Counted from the first letter of the stretch, positions 1 to 10,391 are shown. The stretch is 64,000 bases of DNA from a virus (IMGVR_UViG_3300028914_000001:221489-285488); one strand, 5' to 3'. The notes: generated by a model from the letters alone, not told the origin. Numbers and translations: made by a program.

Positions 1-1
1 C

Positions 2-3000
2 TTATTTATTTTTACGAGTCCTGACCCAAGTGACCTCACTACTCCGTATACTCGCAATCTAGTTGCACGTACAAATGATAGTGAAGGTGACCGAGTCACG
101 TTTGTGTATAACGGCTCGGATAAGGTTCATCTTGAAGTGACCGAAGTTAATGTATATGGCAATAGCAATCTAATCAAAGCCGTACCTGTTGACGGTGAAA
201 CTTTCCCGTCTGGAGTAACGTCGGGTACATTGAAATACACGCCACGCCTACCTTCCGCCGATATTGCCTATAATGTGGCGAACTCTGATATCGCCCCGAA
301 ACGTGAAAAGGCGCATTCAAAGGAAAGTGCTATAATTTATGCGTGCCAAGACACATTCTATGTAGTTAACGGTTATAATGTATCGCATGGAACAGACAAT
401 CCATTGCAGCTTAATCGTGACAGGATTTTCCCTATCCTAAAGTTCCCGATAAAACAGTATACCGGGGATGCCGTGGATGACCCGAATCTTGTCGCTAAAA
501 TGTTTATATACGCACTTGATAACGCAGGTGTAAGTAACAACAGCATCAATTTGATGGGGTTCAGTACGGATACCTGGGATGAAAGTGATACTAACGATGA
601 CCTTGCTGGCAAGCATATTGTCCAATCTGCAATAGGACATATTGCCGACTTCTCTTACGGAAATCCTACCAGAACTTTCTCCAACAGGTACATCAAGTTT
701 AACATAAATAATTCCTACACGATAGCTATGCTTAAAGGTAATGCGTTTAAGACATTGTACCTTAACGCATTGAAATCAACGGGAGACCGTTCGATTACGT
801 TTTCTTCACGTCATGCGGTAGAAAACTGGCCTTATATAGCGATTACATCGTCAAAATTTATAGGAACAACGCCGAGTATTGCCCTTGAAAATACGTACAT
901 GTATCTAGTTTGCGATTCAATCGAAAAGACTAATACCACGTTTGAGGCAAAGACGGTTTTTTCTGCGAAGGTATCTGATAAGGTCTTCGATAGTTCGAGT
1001 CTGATGTACGTCCGTAGTTGGGGTAGTTCTAAACCTTTCTTTAATCCCGGCGATACTATTGAGGTGATGAACACCGACCACTATGACACTATTAGTGGTG
1101 AGGTAGTTGCGGTAGACTTGGCTACCCATGAGGTCAAATTTACTTATACAGGGGATGAGCCTAATGTAAATATTCCTGAGTGCGGAATCATCAGAAACCG
1201 TTCAAGGATGATTTCAACATATACTGCAAGCGATGCGGAGAATATACCTAACAATCTTCATGTCGACGGTCCCGATGTTCATGGCAAGTATGGATATCCA
1301 GGGGATACACTTGAATTTGATGTAATCCATGACGAAGCAACGGATAATCAGTCTTCGATGAGTGTAGTATATGATGACGACGGAAATGCATCAAATGTAT
1401 TGAATCCTGTATTCCTTACTGATGTCGACCTTGTTTCTGGAAACGACCACGACCGAGCTGCAGACCGATTTATGCATGTGGGCCAGAATTACGGCGTTGT
1501 GTTGAAGGGTCTTAACCTAGATAAATTGACTGGCAATGCTTATGCCGTTCTCGGTAATCCAATATGGGAAAACGGCCTGTTTTCGGGAGGCCGTGCAGTT
1601 GAGCTTCTTTCGGTAGATGGCCACCCAGAACAACGAAAGTTCTATTATGACAATTCGTTAAACTTGCAGAGGTCGATGCCTATATACGAAGTTCGCAATG
1701 ACGACGGTGTAACCAAGTTTAAGATTCATGATGATGATTATCCATACTGTGGCCCCGGTGATATTGTTGGAGCGGTTTATACTGGTACATACATTAGCGG
1801 AGGGCAAACTTCCCTTCCAAGTGCGCTTAAATATGGCAAGAACTACTATGTAGTCAGTGCAACTAAAGAGGGCGATGATTTGTGGCTGACCTTGTCATCG
1901 TCATATATTTTCAGATACGAAGAACTCACTCCCACTTATGTTTCGCTTAGTATTGATGAGGTTGATTATATCAATCAGCAAATTGGACGTGCGTCTTCTG
2001 CCGGAAATGAACTCCCGGTGATATTGTATAGCTCTATCACGTCGCTCACCATCAAGGACGTTGATTTTGATACGACCAACTATTCCAATAGGCTCTATTT
2101 GCAGATAGATGAAGAACCTCCTGTATGCTATGTTGATGAAGCCGCCGATGCACATATTGCTGGTCGTCCGTTCGATGTCTATATTTCCGACTTGAACGAT
2201 ATTTTCAGAATTGACGATAAGTTGTTGGAAGAGCTGGATAGCGGAATGGTTACCTATATGTTAGGTAACAGAGACGCTAGGTTTATCAAGCTTACCCTGA
2301 CACTGGATAGCGATACTAGAATTTATATATACGATGCCGCCGGAAACAGCACGTATCTTGATTTCACTGTGATAAATCCGGCAGCGACGCTTACTCTGAA
2401 TCTTGAAAGTATAGTTGACAATACCGTCGATAGTAATAAAACGCATATCCTAAGTTTCCGTGCTGACGGTAGCGATTATAGTGTACTTTCTAATGCATAT
2501 GAGGATGTTAGCAATCCGGGAGATGCTGGTATCTATAAATCAATGGCGCTGGCTAGAATAGAGAATGTTTCCGAGATTACTCAGGATGCTGATGATGCCG
2601 GACACTTCACGTTCGACGTTGTTATTGATGAGTCGACGCTCGACCAAACAAACGGGCATCTTGAAGTATGGGTTGGTGATAGCAACGTTGGTGAGTACCA
2701 CAGTACGGCTAGCTGGAGTGAACCTATTATCTTCAAGGAAGACATACAATGTAAGCTACCTGGTGATGTTATTGAATTTAAAGGGGTTAATCTCTATAAT
2801 AAGTCTGATAGCAATAATTTGACTTTGATGGGCCAAGGCTTTCGCCTAGTGCAATCTTCTGTAAGTTCAGGAACACATGTTTCTGTTGAAGTGGTCGCTT
2901 CTAATCCGGGGACGAGAAACCTTTGGGCAAAGTGGGCGAATACTTTATCTTCGCCAGTGGTCGCTGCGTATCAGAGTAGCGTTACTGTCATAGAGTTGCC

Positions 3001-4009
3001 AAAGATAACGATAAGGGACAAGGTCATACGATGGCCGGAAGGACAGGCATGGGAAGAACCAGGAGATGTTACCGCAAATAACGGATTGTCCTACACGGTT
3101 GATGCTAGTAACCTAAACTGTAATGAACCTGGTATCTATACGATAGAATACACTACCGAGGTGGATAGTTGCGGTTATAGTGCATCGGATACGAGAACTG
3201 TCATCGTGACGAAATGCAATATACCGATATACCTATCTAAAGGATATGATGATATTGTAGCCACTTACGACCAGTACGAAGACATTGAAATTGTAATTTC
3301 ACCTGAAAGCGGTGTGTTGTTCAACCAGAATCTAATGAACAACGTCGTATACTATCAGCTGCCTGATTCTGATGAATGGAATACTGCTATCATTCTGTCT
3401 GGAACGCCAGACCGAAAGAGGCTGACTATCAAGAATCCGGGTGTCATTGCGTCTCTCATTAAGCTTAAAGTTGATGTCGGCACTGACAATATGTCGCTGG
3501 AACCAAATAGCAACTGTGTCGAGACGGACCCGGTTTTATTCACAGTTGTATCAAAGGAAGAACAGGATAAACCGCTCGATGTTGACGGCAAGCATTCTAT
3601 CGTGAGACGTAATTCCAGCCGTTCTCGCTTTGACGACCTTAACTTCGAGCCTATCTACAACAAGGATTTGTCCTACTCGTCATTCTCTATCACGGCTGAC
3701 GAAAACAGCCTGATGCAGAATGTGTACAGTATTCTTTTGACTAACCTAGGCGAACGCCTGTACGATGACGAGTTTGGTTCAACGTTGGAGGAGAGCATAT
3801 TCGAAATTATCGGTGACCTGAATGGAGAATCCAAACTTCTTAACCAGTGTGTTTCCCTCATCAACAAGTATGAACCGAGGGTGGTCGTCGTTGAGGACAA
3901 GAGCTATATCTCAATCAGCGATGATAACACGGTAGTCATAGTTCTTTACATTAAGGTTCCTCGTGGTATTGCAAGAAAGATTGAACTGACATTTAGGAAG
4001 GATTCATGA
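2..4009 (+). CDS. Large virion protein, 5'-truncated: DNRLRE/CBM96-like and Ig-like modules with a C-terminal gp25-like baseplate wedge domain
   Basis: The frame is open from position 2, upstream of the listed start at 104. C-terminal 'SLMQNVYSILLTNLGERLYDDEFGS...INKYEPRV' is the gp25/GPW signature. 'LPKITI...WEEPG...PGIYTIEYT...TRTVIV' resembles a DUF5011-type Ig domain. Confidence 0.8.
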   Translation, partial: LFIFTSPDPSDLTTPYTRNLVARTNDSEGDRVTFVYNGSDKVHLEVTEVNVYGNSNLIKAVPVDGETFPSGVTSGTLKYTPRLPSADIAYNVANSDIAPKREKAHSKESAIIYACQDTFYVVNGYNVSHGTDNPLQLNRDRIFPILKFPIKQYTGDAVDDPNLVAKMFIYALDNAGVSNNSINLMGFSTDTWDESDTNDDLAGKHIVQSAIGHIADFSYGNPTRTFSNRYIKFNINNSYTIAMLKGNAFKTLYLNALKSTGDRSITFSSRHAVENWPYIAITSSKFIGTTPSIALENTYMYLVCDSIEKTNTTFEAKTVFSAKVSDKVFDSSSLMYVRSWGSSKPFFNPGDTIEVMNTDHYDTISGEVVAVDLATHEVKFTYTGDEPNVNIPECGIIRNRSRMISTYTASDAENIPNNLHVDGPDVHGKYGYPGDTLEFDVIHDEATDNQSSMSVVYDDDGNASNVLNPVFLTDVDLVSGNDHDRAADRFMHVGQNYGVVLKGLNLDKLTGNAYAVLGNPIWENGLFSGGRAVELLSVDGHPEQRKFYYDNSLNLQRSMPIYEVRNDDGVTKFKIHDDDYPYCGPGDIVGAVYTGTYISGGQTSLPSALKYGKNYYVVSATKEGDDLWLTLSSSYIFRYEELTPTYVSLSIDEVDYINQQIGRASSAGNELPVILYSSITSLTIKDVDFDTTNYSNRLYLQIDEEPPVCYVDEAADAHIAGRPFDVYISDLNDIFRIDDKLLEELDSGMVTYMLGNRDARFIKLTLTLDSDTRIYIYDAAGNSTYLDFTVINPAATLTLNLESIVDNTVDSNKTHILSFRADGSDYSVLSNAYEDVSNPGDAGIYKSMALARIENVSEITQDADDAGHFTFDVVIDESTLDQTNGHLEVWVGDSNVGEYHSTASWSEPIIFKEDIQCKLPGDVIEFKGVNLYNKSDSNNLTLMGQGFRLVQSSVSSGTHVSVEVVASNPGTRNLWAKWANTLSSPVVAAYQSSVTVIELPKITIRDKVIRWPEGQAWEEPGDVTANNGLSYTVDASNLNCNEPGIYTIEYTTEVDSCGYSASDTRTVIVTKCNIPIYLSKGYDDIVATYDQYEDIEIVISPESGVLFNQNLMNNVVYYQLPDSDEWNTAIILSGTPDRKRLTIKNPGVIASLIKLKVDVGTDNMSLEPNSNCVETDPVLFTVVSKEEQDKPLDVDGKHSIVRRNSSRSRFDDLNFEPIYNKDLSYSSFSITADENSLMQNVYSILLTNLGERLYDDEFGSTLEESIFEIIGDLNGESKLLNQCVSLINKYEPRVVVVEDKSYISISDDNTVVIVLYIKVPRGIARKIELTFRKDS

Positions 4010-4941
4010 TAGTACAGATAAAAAACGACAATACTCAGTACATATACACGCAGGACGCATCGAAGGATTACCTCGACGTGGCCAAGGCGCTTGGCCTTGG
4101 AAGCGGTGCTGGCCTGTCCAGTTACGTCACTACGTCGCCTATCGAGTTTACTAACGCCAACGGTGCTAGGGTCAAGGCTGTACGTATAAACGGGTACAGC
4201 AACCTGTCCTACTACGTCATGAATGATTCGGTCAAGCTTGACATTAAGCACAAGGGCAATCTTGACAAAGAAATGTTCAAGACGATTATAGATGGATTGA
4301 ATTTCTTTGAAAACTCCCGCATAAAGCTAGGCGACAGGGTCTATCTCGGCCCGTTCCGTGCGCTCAACTACGCCACGATGAATTCGATTACCGACGCTGC
4401 CGGAAACCATATCATGCTGTCTAGTTCGCAGGTAAGGGATGTTGCCGCTATAAATGCGTTACTAAGTAGATTGGATTACGATAATGGGAAAATGTACGAA
4501 CCTCTTGTCAGGAGGTACGTAAACATTCTTGCGGGGCTGCTGGATAAGAGTGTGCTTCCGATAGGATATTTCAACATGGAAAATTACTTGCGGATTATAC
4601 AGTCTCAGGCAAAAATCTTGTTTGCATCGTTCGCCAAGCCTAAGTCGAAGCCAACAATTCTCTTGCGTAGTGATGGGACTCCTGGGTATGCAAAGGTCGT
4701 TTCGGCCAACGGGCCCTATGTGAATATCACGCTATCCCCAAACATACAGGTTCTTGACCTTGCTAAGGAGAATGCCTACAACCCGTTTGTCATCGTTTCG
4801 CTGAGGCCGTTCCCTATCGCCCAGTCATCGTTCCCGTGGAAAAAGGTCATGTTTGGCAACACCGCAGTATTCATGTGCCCTATCATATGTAACGAAAATA
4901 AGTTAAGGACTCTTACCAAATCCATCAATTTGCTCGAATAG
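4006..4941 (+). CDS. Hypothetical protein
   Basis: 311-aa ORF overlapping the upstream stop (ATGA coupling); no motif recognised. Confidence 0.75.
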   Translation: MIVQIKNDNTQYIYTQDASKDYLDVAKALGLGSGAGLSSYVTTSPIEFTNANGARVKAVRINGYSNLSYYVMNDSVKLDIKHKGNLDKEMFKTIIDGLNFFENSRIKLGDRVYLGPFRALNYATMNSITDAAGNHIMLSSSQVRDVAAINALLSRLDYDNGKMYEPLVRRYVNILAGLLDKSVLPIGYFNMENYLRIIQSQAKILFASFAKPKSKPTILLRSDGTPGYAKVVSANGPYVNITLSPNIQVLDLAKENAYNPFVIVSLRPFPIAQSSFPWKKVMFGNTAVFMCPIICNENKLRTLTKSINLLE

Positions 4942-4942
4942 C

Positions 4943-4971
4943 TTGACATCCTGTGGTTTTTGTGCTATATT
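4943..4971 (+). promoter_or_regulatory. Sigma70-type (early) promoter
   Basis: TTGACA (4943-4948), 17-bp spacer, TATATT (4966-4971), upstream of ORF 5013. Confidence 0.8.
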
Positions 4972-5012
4972 TATGGTTACGTACATAAAAACCATCAACA
5001 AAGGATGTCAAA

Positions 5013-5597
5013 ATGAAAAAAATCTTAACCCTTCTCCTCGTCTTTATCTTCTCCTCCGTCGCCTTTGCAGGCGGTTGGGACTGGTTCAATCCGTCTTCTG
5101 GCGGTACTGCACAGTTCCGTACAGGTGTTTCCTTCGACCATGAAGCCGAAAGCGCCGCACATTACGAAAACGTCCGTGCAATCATCAAGAGCAATGTCGA
5201 AGTTGCTGCCGCTTTCTATGCGGGCGAAGTTTCCAGCATGTCCGTCAGGACGGATATCTATGACGTTGCCGCAGTCGGTGTAGAGTTCACCGAAAAGAGT
5301 GTCCGTCCGTTCGTTCAGGGTTACAAGGATATCGGTAAGTTTAGCGTCGGTGGCGAATACCTCTTCGATACCGATACGAAGGTCAGCCGTTTTGGTGCCG
5401 AACTCGATTATCTCCTTCTGTCCGATATTATTCTTTATGGCGGTTCCACGGTCGATACCGAAAATTCATGGGAACCGTATGCTGGCGTCGTATATATGCT
5501 TGGCAAGGTTGACCTTTGCCTTGGCTACTACGCCGTTATCCCGAAGGCTGAATATCTCACCTCGGGTTATACCTTCGACATTACTTTTAACTTCTAG
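5013..5597 (+). CDS. Secreted outer-membrane beta-barrel-like protein
   Basis: Sec signal peptide MKKILTLLLVFIFSSVAFA; alternating amphipathic strands; C-terminal YTFDITFNF ending in Phe (BAM-type signal). Confidence 0.7.
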   Translation: MKKILTLLLVFIFSSVAFAGGWDWFNPSSGGTAQFRTGVSFDHEAESAAHYENVRAIIKSNVEVAAAFYAGEVSSMSVRTDIYDVAAVGVEFTEKSVRPFVQGYKDIGKFSVGGEYLFDTDTKVSRFGAELDYLLLSDIILYGGSTVDTENSWEPYAGVVYMLGKVDLCLGYYAVIPKAEYLTSGYTFDITFNF

Positions 5598-5606
5598 TAT
5601 TAGCCT

Positions 5607-7838
5607 ATGCATGATATTACCTTCAAAAAGCTGGTTTTCAGGAACTTCATGTCCTACGGCGACATTGATAACGTCGTGGAGTTCAACCCTGGCTTGAGTT
5701 ATCTTAGCGCCCCGAACGGTTATGGAAAATCCACAATCGTCGAGGCTCTTACCTATGCCCTTTATGGCAAGTCTTACCGTGGTGGAAACCAAGGTGACTT
5801 GAAGAATACCGAAAACAAGAATGCCGACATGGTGGTGACGCTTGATTTCGATGTCGATACGGGTACTGGAAAGCAGGAATACCATATCGAACGTCGCATG
5901 AAGGCTAAGTCTCTCAAGACTAGCTTTACCATCTGGATTGATGGCCAGGAACAGCTGAAAAGAGCTGGAATGACCCAGCAGGACTTTGAAAACCGTGTTC
6001 TCGGTCCTTCTCTCCTGCTGTACCAGTCCACTGTCGCCATGAACAGTCAGGAAACCATCCCGTTGCTCGAAATGCCTGCTGACAAGATGCGTAAGCTCAT
6101 CGAGAATACCATCTCGCTCTCGACGGAGAAATGGAAGAATGCCAATAACAAGGTGTTGAGCGACTCCAACATGCAGTTCGATGTCTCGAAAAACTCGGTC
6201 GATAGAATCACGGCGGATATCAATTACACGAGCAGCATGATTCAGACATTGAAGGCCAAGAAGCACGAACAGATTGACGACTTGAAGCGTCAGCTTGCTG
6301 AGCTTGAAGCGAAGACTCCTGAACTTGTCGCAAACGCCAATGCGGCCAAGGCTGCAGATGACGAATGCGCCCGTCGTGTGACCGAGTACAACAATGCCCA
6401 GTCTGAGTTGAGAATGGTCATGACGAAGGTCAACGATATGTCCGCCTGCCTCAACCTCTTTTCTGAAATCGACAAGGAAAAGAAGAATATCGAGGATTTG
6501 AGCGGACAAGTCGCTGCCGCTCGTGCTCAGGCCGATGGTTTCAAAATCGGCGAAACACAGGCCAAGCTCAATGAAATTACGACAAAGAAGAACGGGCTGA
6601 ACAACCAGATTACCGCACTCAAGTCGACCATTGCTTCCAACGAAAGACAAATCATGTCTTATCAGGCGAAGATGAAGGAAGTCACTGACAAGGCTACCTC
6701 AGTCAAGGCTGGTGTGCCTTGCCCGACATGTGGTAAACCGTCCACTGAGGCTGATGTCGAACATGTCAAGGATGCCTATCGCAACCAATGGCGTAGCCTC
6801 CATGCCGAACAGATTGCTATCATCAACGAGAAAGAATCCAAGAAGAAGGAATTGGATGAGTTGTCTGCACAGGCAGCCGACCCGACTATCGAACAGCAGA
6901 TTTCCGAGCTTAATGCCAATATTCAGGCATATAACAATTTCCAGGCAACTGTCTATGGTCCTATCAACGGTCAGTTGACTGCCGCTACGAGCAGATATGC
7001 CACCCTTACGACAAAGGCTTATGTCTACGGTCAAGATATCCAGAAGATTCATGGCGACATCGACACACTTGTCAAGAGACAGGAAGAATTGACTAACTGG
7101 ATTAACTCGAACAGTTCCGTGATGGAAGCTTCGTCGCAGGCAAAGAACGCCTATTATCAGGCCAATTCTGCCTTGACATCGAACAATAACAGCATCGCAT
7201 CGTTGAAGGCTTCCATCCAGAAGGAAGAATCCAGCAACGACGACAAGGCATTGAAGAATTCTGAAACCCACCTTGCAGAACTACAGAAGGAGCTGGAAAC
7301 CACGATGGCATCAATCAAGGATTTCTCCGACAAGATTGCCATGTGCAAGTACATTTCCTATATGTGTTCGGACGATGGACTCAAATCCTATGTCATCAAG
7401 ATGTTCGTTCCGTTCTTCAACCAGGCAATCGAAAGCAACCTTCGTCGGTTCAACCTTCCGTACACCATTACGTTCGACAAGAGCATGGATTACAAGTTCG
7501 AGTCAATCTTCGGTGCGGCTCCTTGCTACGACATGTTGTCCCAGGGTCAGAAGCGCAAGGTTAACTTCGCTATCGCCATGGCGTTCTGTGACTTTGTGTT
7601 CCGTGTTGCCAACTTCAAGATTAACGTCCTGTTCCTTGACGAAATCCTTGACGTTTCCACGGACGATGTCGCCCTCAGGGAAATGGTGATGCTGGTACGA
7701 ACCAGGGCCAAACAGACCCCGACGATTTTTGCCGTCACACACCGAGAAGCCATTATCAGGGACCTCTTCGACTATAAGATGAACATAGACAACAACGGTT
7801 TATTCTCTACAATCGGAAGTTGCACTAAGTTAAAATAA
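5607..7838 (+). CDS. Rad50/SbcC-like recombination ATPase (T4 gp46-like)
   Basis: N-terminal FRNFMSYG, Walker A APNGYGKS, coiled coils with CPTC zinc hook, signature LSQGQ, Walker B FLDEILD. Confidence 0.95.
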   Translation: MHDITFKKLVFRNFMSYGDIDNVVEFNPGLSYLSAPNGYGKSTIVEALTYALYGKSYRGGNQGDLKNTENKNADMVVTLDFDVDTGTGKQEYHIERRMKAKSLKTSFTIWIDGQEQLKRAGMTQQDFENRVLGPSLLLYQSTVAMNSQETIPLLEMPADKMRKLIENTISLSTEKWKNANNKVLSDSNMQFDVSKNSVDRITADINYTSSMIQTLKAKKHEQIDDLKRQLAELEAKTPELVANANAAKAADDECARRVTEYNNAQSELRMVMTKVNDMSACLNLFSEIDKEKKNIEDLSGQVAAARAQADGFKIGETQAKLNEITTKKNGLNNQITALKSTIASNERQIMSYQAKMKEVTDKATSVKAGVPCPTCGKPSTEADVEHVKDAYRNQWRSLHAEQIAIINEKESKKKELDELSAQAADPTIEQQISELNANIQAYNNFQATVYGPINGQLTAATSRYATLTTKAYVYGQDIQKIHGDIDTLVKRQEELTNWINSNSSVMEASSQAKNAYYQANSALTSNNNSIASLKASIQKEESSNDDKALKNSETHLAELQKELETTMASIKDFSDKIAMCKYISYMCSDDGLKSYVIKMFVPFFNQAIESNLRRFNLPYTITFDKSMDYKFESIFGAAPCYDMLSQGQKRKVNFAIAMAFCDFVFRVANFKINVLFLDEILDVSTDDVALREMVMLVRTRAKQTPTIFAVTHREAIIRDLFDYKMNIDNNGLFSTIGSCTKLK

Positions 7839-7848
7839 ATGTATTTTA
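7837..7848 (+). promoter_or_regulatory. AAATGTATTTTA motif (candidate middle promoter)
   Basis: The same motif lies 26-39 nt upstream of the starts at 7879, 9723, 12968, 49178 and 61235. Confidence 0.6.
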
Positions 7849-7878
7849 AATACGTAGAAACATCAGACAGGTACTCAC

Positions 7879-8433
7879 ATGAAAAGACTAATGAGTCATC
7901 AAGCGATTTTTGACATGAACCAAGCGTTCAAGAGGGCTATTAAAGAAAAACTCTTCACTGGACGTATTAGCAGTACGTTCAGATATGCGATGCACAAGAA
8001 CATGGACGCTACCGACAAGGAAGTATCCAATATGCTTGAGGCATTCAGGCCGGACGATGAATATTCAAAGTATATTGCTGAACTTAGCACTATTGCCAAG
8101 AAGTTCGGGCTTCCTCCGCTCACGAACATGAAGGAATTTGAGGCAGCGGTCGAAGCTTTGCCGCTAGAAAAGAATGCCGAATTTACAAAGTTGGAGACGG
8201 ACCTTTCCGACCGATACAGGGATGCCATTGAACGCCAGAAGGATAACGATGCTGAACTCGGCGTATTCTTGAAGGAAAAGGTTGAGATTGACCTTGCTAT
8301 GGTTCCAGCAGAACAGTGCCCAGACATCGTTGGCGACTCTGCAATCTACATCTATGATTCCCTGTTCCCAATGTTCATCCCGGCTAAGGAAAGCGAAACC
8401 CTTTCCGAACTCGTTCCGTATGAAACAAAGTAG
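7879..8433 (+). CDS. Hypothetical helical phage protein (weak DUF1617-like pattern)
   Basis: 184-aa ORF; 'YAMHKN...FLKEKVEIDL...LFPMF' pattern. Confidence 0.6.
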   Translation: MKRLMSHQAIFDMNQAFKRAIKEKLFTGRISSTFRYAMHKNMDATDKEVSNMLEAFRPDDEYSKYIAELSTIAKKFGLPPLTNMKEFEAAVEALPLEKNAEFTKLETDLSDRYRDAIERQKDNDAELGVFLKEKVEIDLAMVPAEQCPDIVGDSAIYIYDSLFPMFIPAKESETLSELVPYETK

Positions 8434-8441
8434 GTTATGCT

Positions 8442-8954
8442 ATGAAAATCAAGGAATTCCTAGATAACCTAGCCAAGGAGTTGCAGTCGAAATCTGGAAT
8501 CGCAGTAGAGATTGTCGATGACCGCAATTTCCCTGGTGGATTCTATATGAACTTTACCGAGTTCAGTACGGCTGTCCTTAGGGTAAACCAATACGGCAAG
8601 TTTAGCATGCGTGGGGTTGACCCTCAGGAAGAAAAGTTCGCCTACCCGTGGAAATATAAGTTCTTGATTTTGACCGACAAGGCTATCGCCGAGTTGTCAA
8701 AGACGTTCCCGCAGGTTGCGTTCGATTCTTCGAAGGAAACAGAAAAGGCAATGTTCCCTATCTTCTGCTACCTCAACGTACTGCATCAGTTCTACAGAAA
8801 GAAGCTTGGAAACAAGAAAAGTTGGTATCCGAAATTCAAGGATATCGAAAGCAGGAAGTTTGAAAAGATTAGGCACACTTTGGCCAATCTTCCTAGCAGA
8901 GAAGCATTAAAGCTAATCCCGAAGGAAGAACAGGACAAGTTTATCGAAGCCTAG
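8442..8954 (+). CDS. Hypothetical protein
   Basis: 170-aa ORF in the operon, followed by a terminator. Confidence 0.7.
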   Translation: MKIKEFLDNLAKELQSKSGIAVEIVDDRNFPGGFYMNFTEFSTAVLRVNQYGKFSMRGVDPQEEKFAYPWKYKFLILTDKAIAELSKTFPQVAFDSSKETEKAMFPIFCYLNVLHQFYRKKLGNKKSWYPKFKDIESRKFEKIRHTLANLPSREALKLIPKEEQDKFIEA

Positions 8955-8969
8955 TGTCTTTTCCCTGAT

Positions 8970-9002
8970 GGGCCCGCCATAACGATGTGGCGGGCTTTTT
9001 TA
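8970..9002 (+). terminator. Intrinsic terminator between convergent genes
   Basis: Hairpin GCCCGCCATA-ACGA-TGTGGCGGGC followed by a T-run. Confidence 0.85.
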
Positions 9003-9596
9003 TGCAAACCAGAGATTTATGGATGATATGTCCGTCGAGATGTCATTGAACATTTCGTGGATTTCATCGAGGGTGTATTTCTTGGATAGTTCGTACTTGT
9101 CGTCGAGGGTGCTCGGGTCCACATCCCTATATTCGCATAGATATCCATTCATGTTTTGGTCCGTCTTTTCATCCCATATTACGTACGAAAGCAACCCTTT
9201 GAAATTAGCCCTGACATCTATGCAGAAGTCGAAGTCCGATGATGTACAGTAAAGATAGGCTCTCGGGAAATTATCATCGCTGGGATTGTATTCTTTGGAC
9301 TGTCTTATCTCAAACCCACTTCCACACCATTCATCGTCCAGAAACTCTGCGAGTTGTTGAAGAATTTTTGAGTGTCCGCCATTGCTAGCGAACAGGGCTT
9401 CCGCCTTTTTTAGGGCTTCCTCGTCTACCGTGCTCTCTTCGCCATCTTCTAGCCCATCTTGCTCGTAAGCATCGTATTCTTTTTCGAGCTGTTCACCGCC
9501 CTCCGATTCGAGGCATATTTTTCGCAGCTGAATGATGGTTTCCTTTGCCGTCGGAGTGAGGTTTAACTTGCTGATTTCTGATTCGAATAGGTTCAT
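9000..9596 (-). CDS. Late acidic protein with shared N-terminal leader (MNLFESE...ICLE|S)
   Basis: Start moved to the ATG at 9596, 25 nt from TATAAACTA (9621-9629); the leader is paralogous to those at 20285 and 22217. Confidence 0.8.
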   Translation of the reverse strand: MNLFESEISKLNLTPTAKETIIQLRKICLESEGGEQLEKEYDAYEQDGLEDGEESTVDEEALKKAEALFASNGGHSKILQQLAEFLDDEWCGSGFEIRQSKEYNPSDDNFPRAYLYCTSSDFDFCIDVRANFKGLLSYVIWDEKTDQNMNGYLCEYRDVDPSTLDDKYELSKKYTLDEIHEMFNDISTDISSINLWFA

Positions 9597-9620
9597 ATTA
9601 GTGCCCAAGTAGTATATCCA

Positions 9621-9629
9621 TAGTTTATA
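9621..9629 (-). promoter_or_regulatory. Late promoter motif TATAAACTA
   Basis: One of 14 exact copies, each 21-42 nt upstream of a start codon; resembles the T4 late promoter TATAAATA. Confidence 0.85.
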
Positions 9630-9681
9630 AAGTAGATTTGTTTTGCTTAGGGCAGGGTTCTGCATCTATGCCACTTTAATT

Positions 9682-9695
9682 AAAATGTATTTTAA
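9682..9695 (+). promoter_or_regulatory. AAAATGTATTTTAA motif (candidate middle promoter)
   Basis: Upstream of the gp55-like gene; recurrent motif. Confidence 0.6.
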
Positions 9696-9722
9696 TTATG
9701 AGATTCAATCCATGAGTAGAAT

Positions 9723-10388
9723 ATGGAAAACGCAGTACCGACCAATGAGGAAGTAACGCTTGACTTTGAAATCCCAGAAAGCGGTTACTCCTGGACCCCT
9801 AAACAGTTGAAGGCGTTCGACGCTCAGATGAGGAGCGGGAAGATTGACAAGGATATTTTGACTAAGTTGCTTATCGAGTTGAAAGATGTCCGCAAGAAAT
9901 ATGGAAAGGAATATCCCGTTTCGGAGCCGCTTGGATATGTGTTTAATGTTGTTATCGACAAGAACCTTGGCAACCAGAAGTGGCGTGGCTACACCCCCGA
10001 CTGGAAGCAGGAAATGCGTGACCGTGCTGTTGAACTTCTTATCAAGCACAGTCACAACTTCGACCCGGTCAAGATGCAGACTACGAAGAATGTAGACCCG
10101 TATTATTACCTTGCCAAAATCACATTCTGTGCATTCATTCAGGCTCATAACAAGCTTGCTGCCCGAAGCAAGAAAATCAAGTTTGTCGCCCTGAATGAAG
10201 GCGCCATGAATAACTACTCGTCCATCGATGAATTTGCCATTGATGCCAACAAGAAGATTGACGAGGAAGAAAAACTGGAAAAGGAAAATGCAGCCAATGG
10301 TGTAACCACTGACGATATCGACATCTCGACAATGCAGACTGATGACCTGGTGAAGCAACTGAATGACGATGATTATACGAATGGGTAA
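9723..10388 (+). CDS. Late-transcription sigma factor (T4 gp55-like)
   Basis: 'WRGYTPDWKQEM...HNFDP...DPYYYLAKITFCAFIQ' matches the gp55 pattern GYT.xWKxEM...HNFD...NPxAY.T...FNAF.Q; acidic C-terminus. Confidence 0.9.
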   Translation: MENAVPTNEEVTLDFEIPESGYSWTPKQLKAFDAQMRSGKIDKDILTKLLIELKDVRKKYGKEYPVSEPLGYVFNVVIDKNLGNQKWRGYTPDWKQEMRDRAVELLIKHSHNFDPVKMQTTKNVDPYYYLAKITFCAFIQAHNKLAARSKKIKFVALNEGAMNNYSSIDEFAIDANKKIDEEEKLEKENAANGVTTDDIDISTMQTDDLVKQLNDDDYTNG

Positions 10389-10391
10389 AAT

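Noticed and set aside
5466-6650. Long antisense ORFs (also 9705-10400, 38353-39102, 40470-41591, 44722-45678 and others)
   Set aside because: They are shadows of well-supported genes, caused by codon bias, and have no motifs or promoters.
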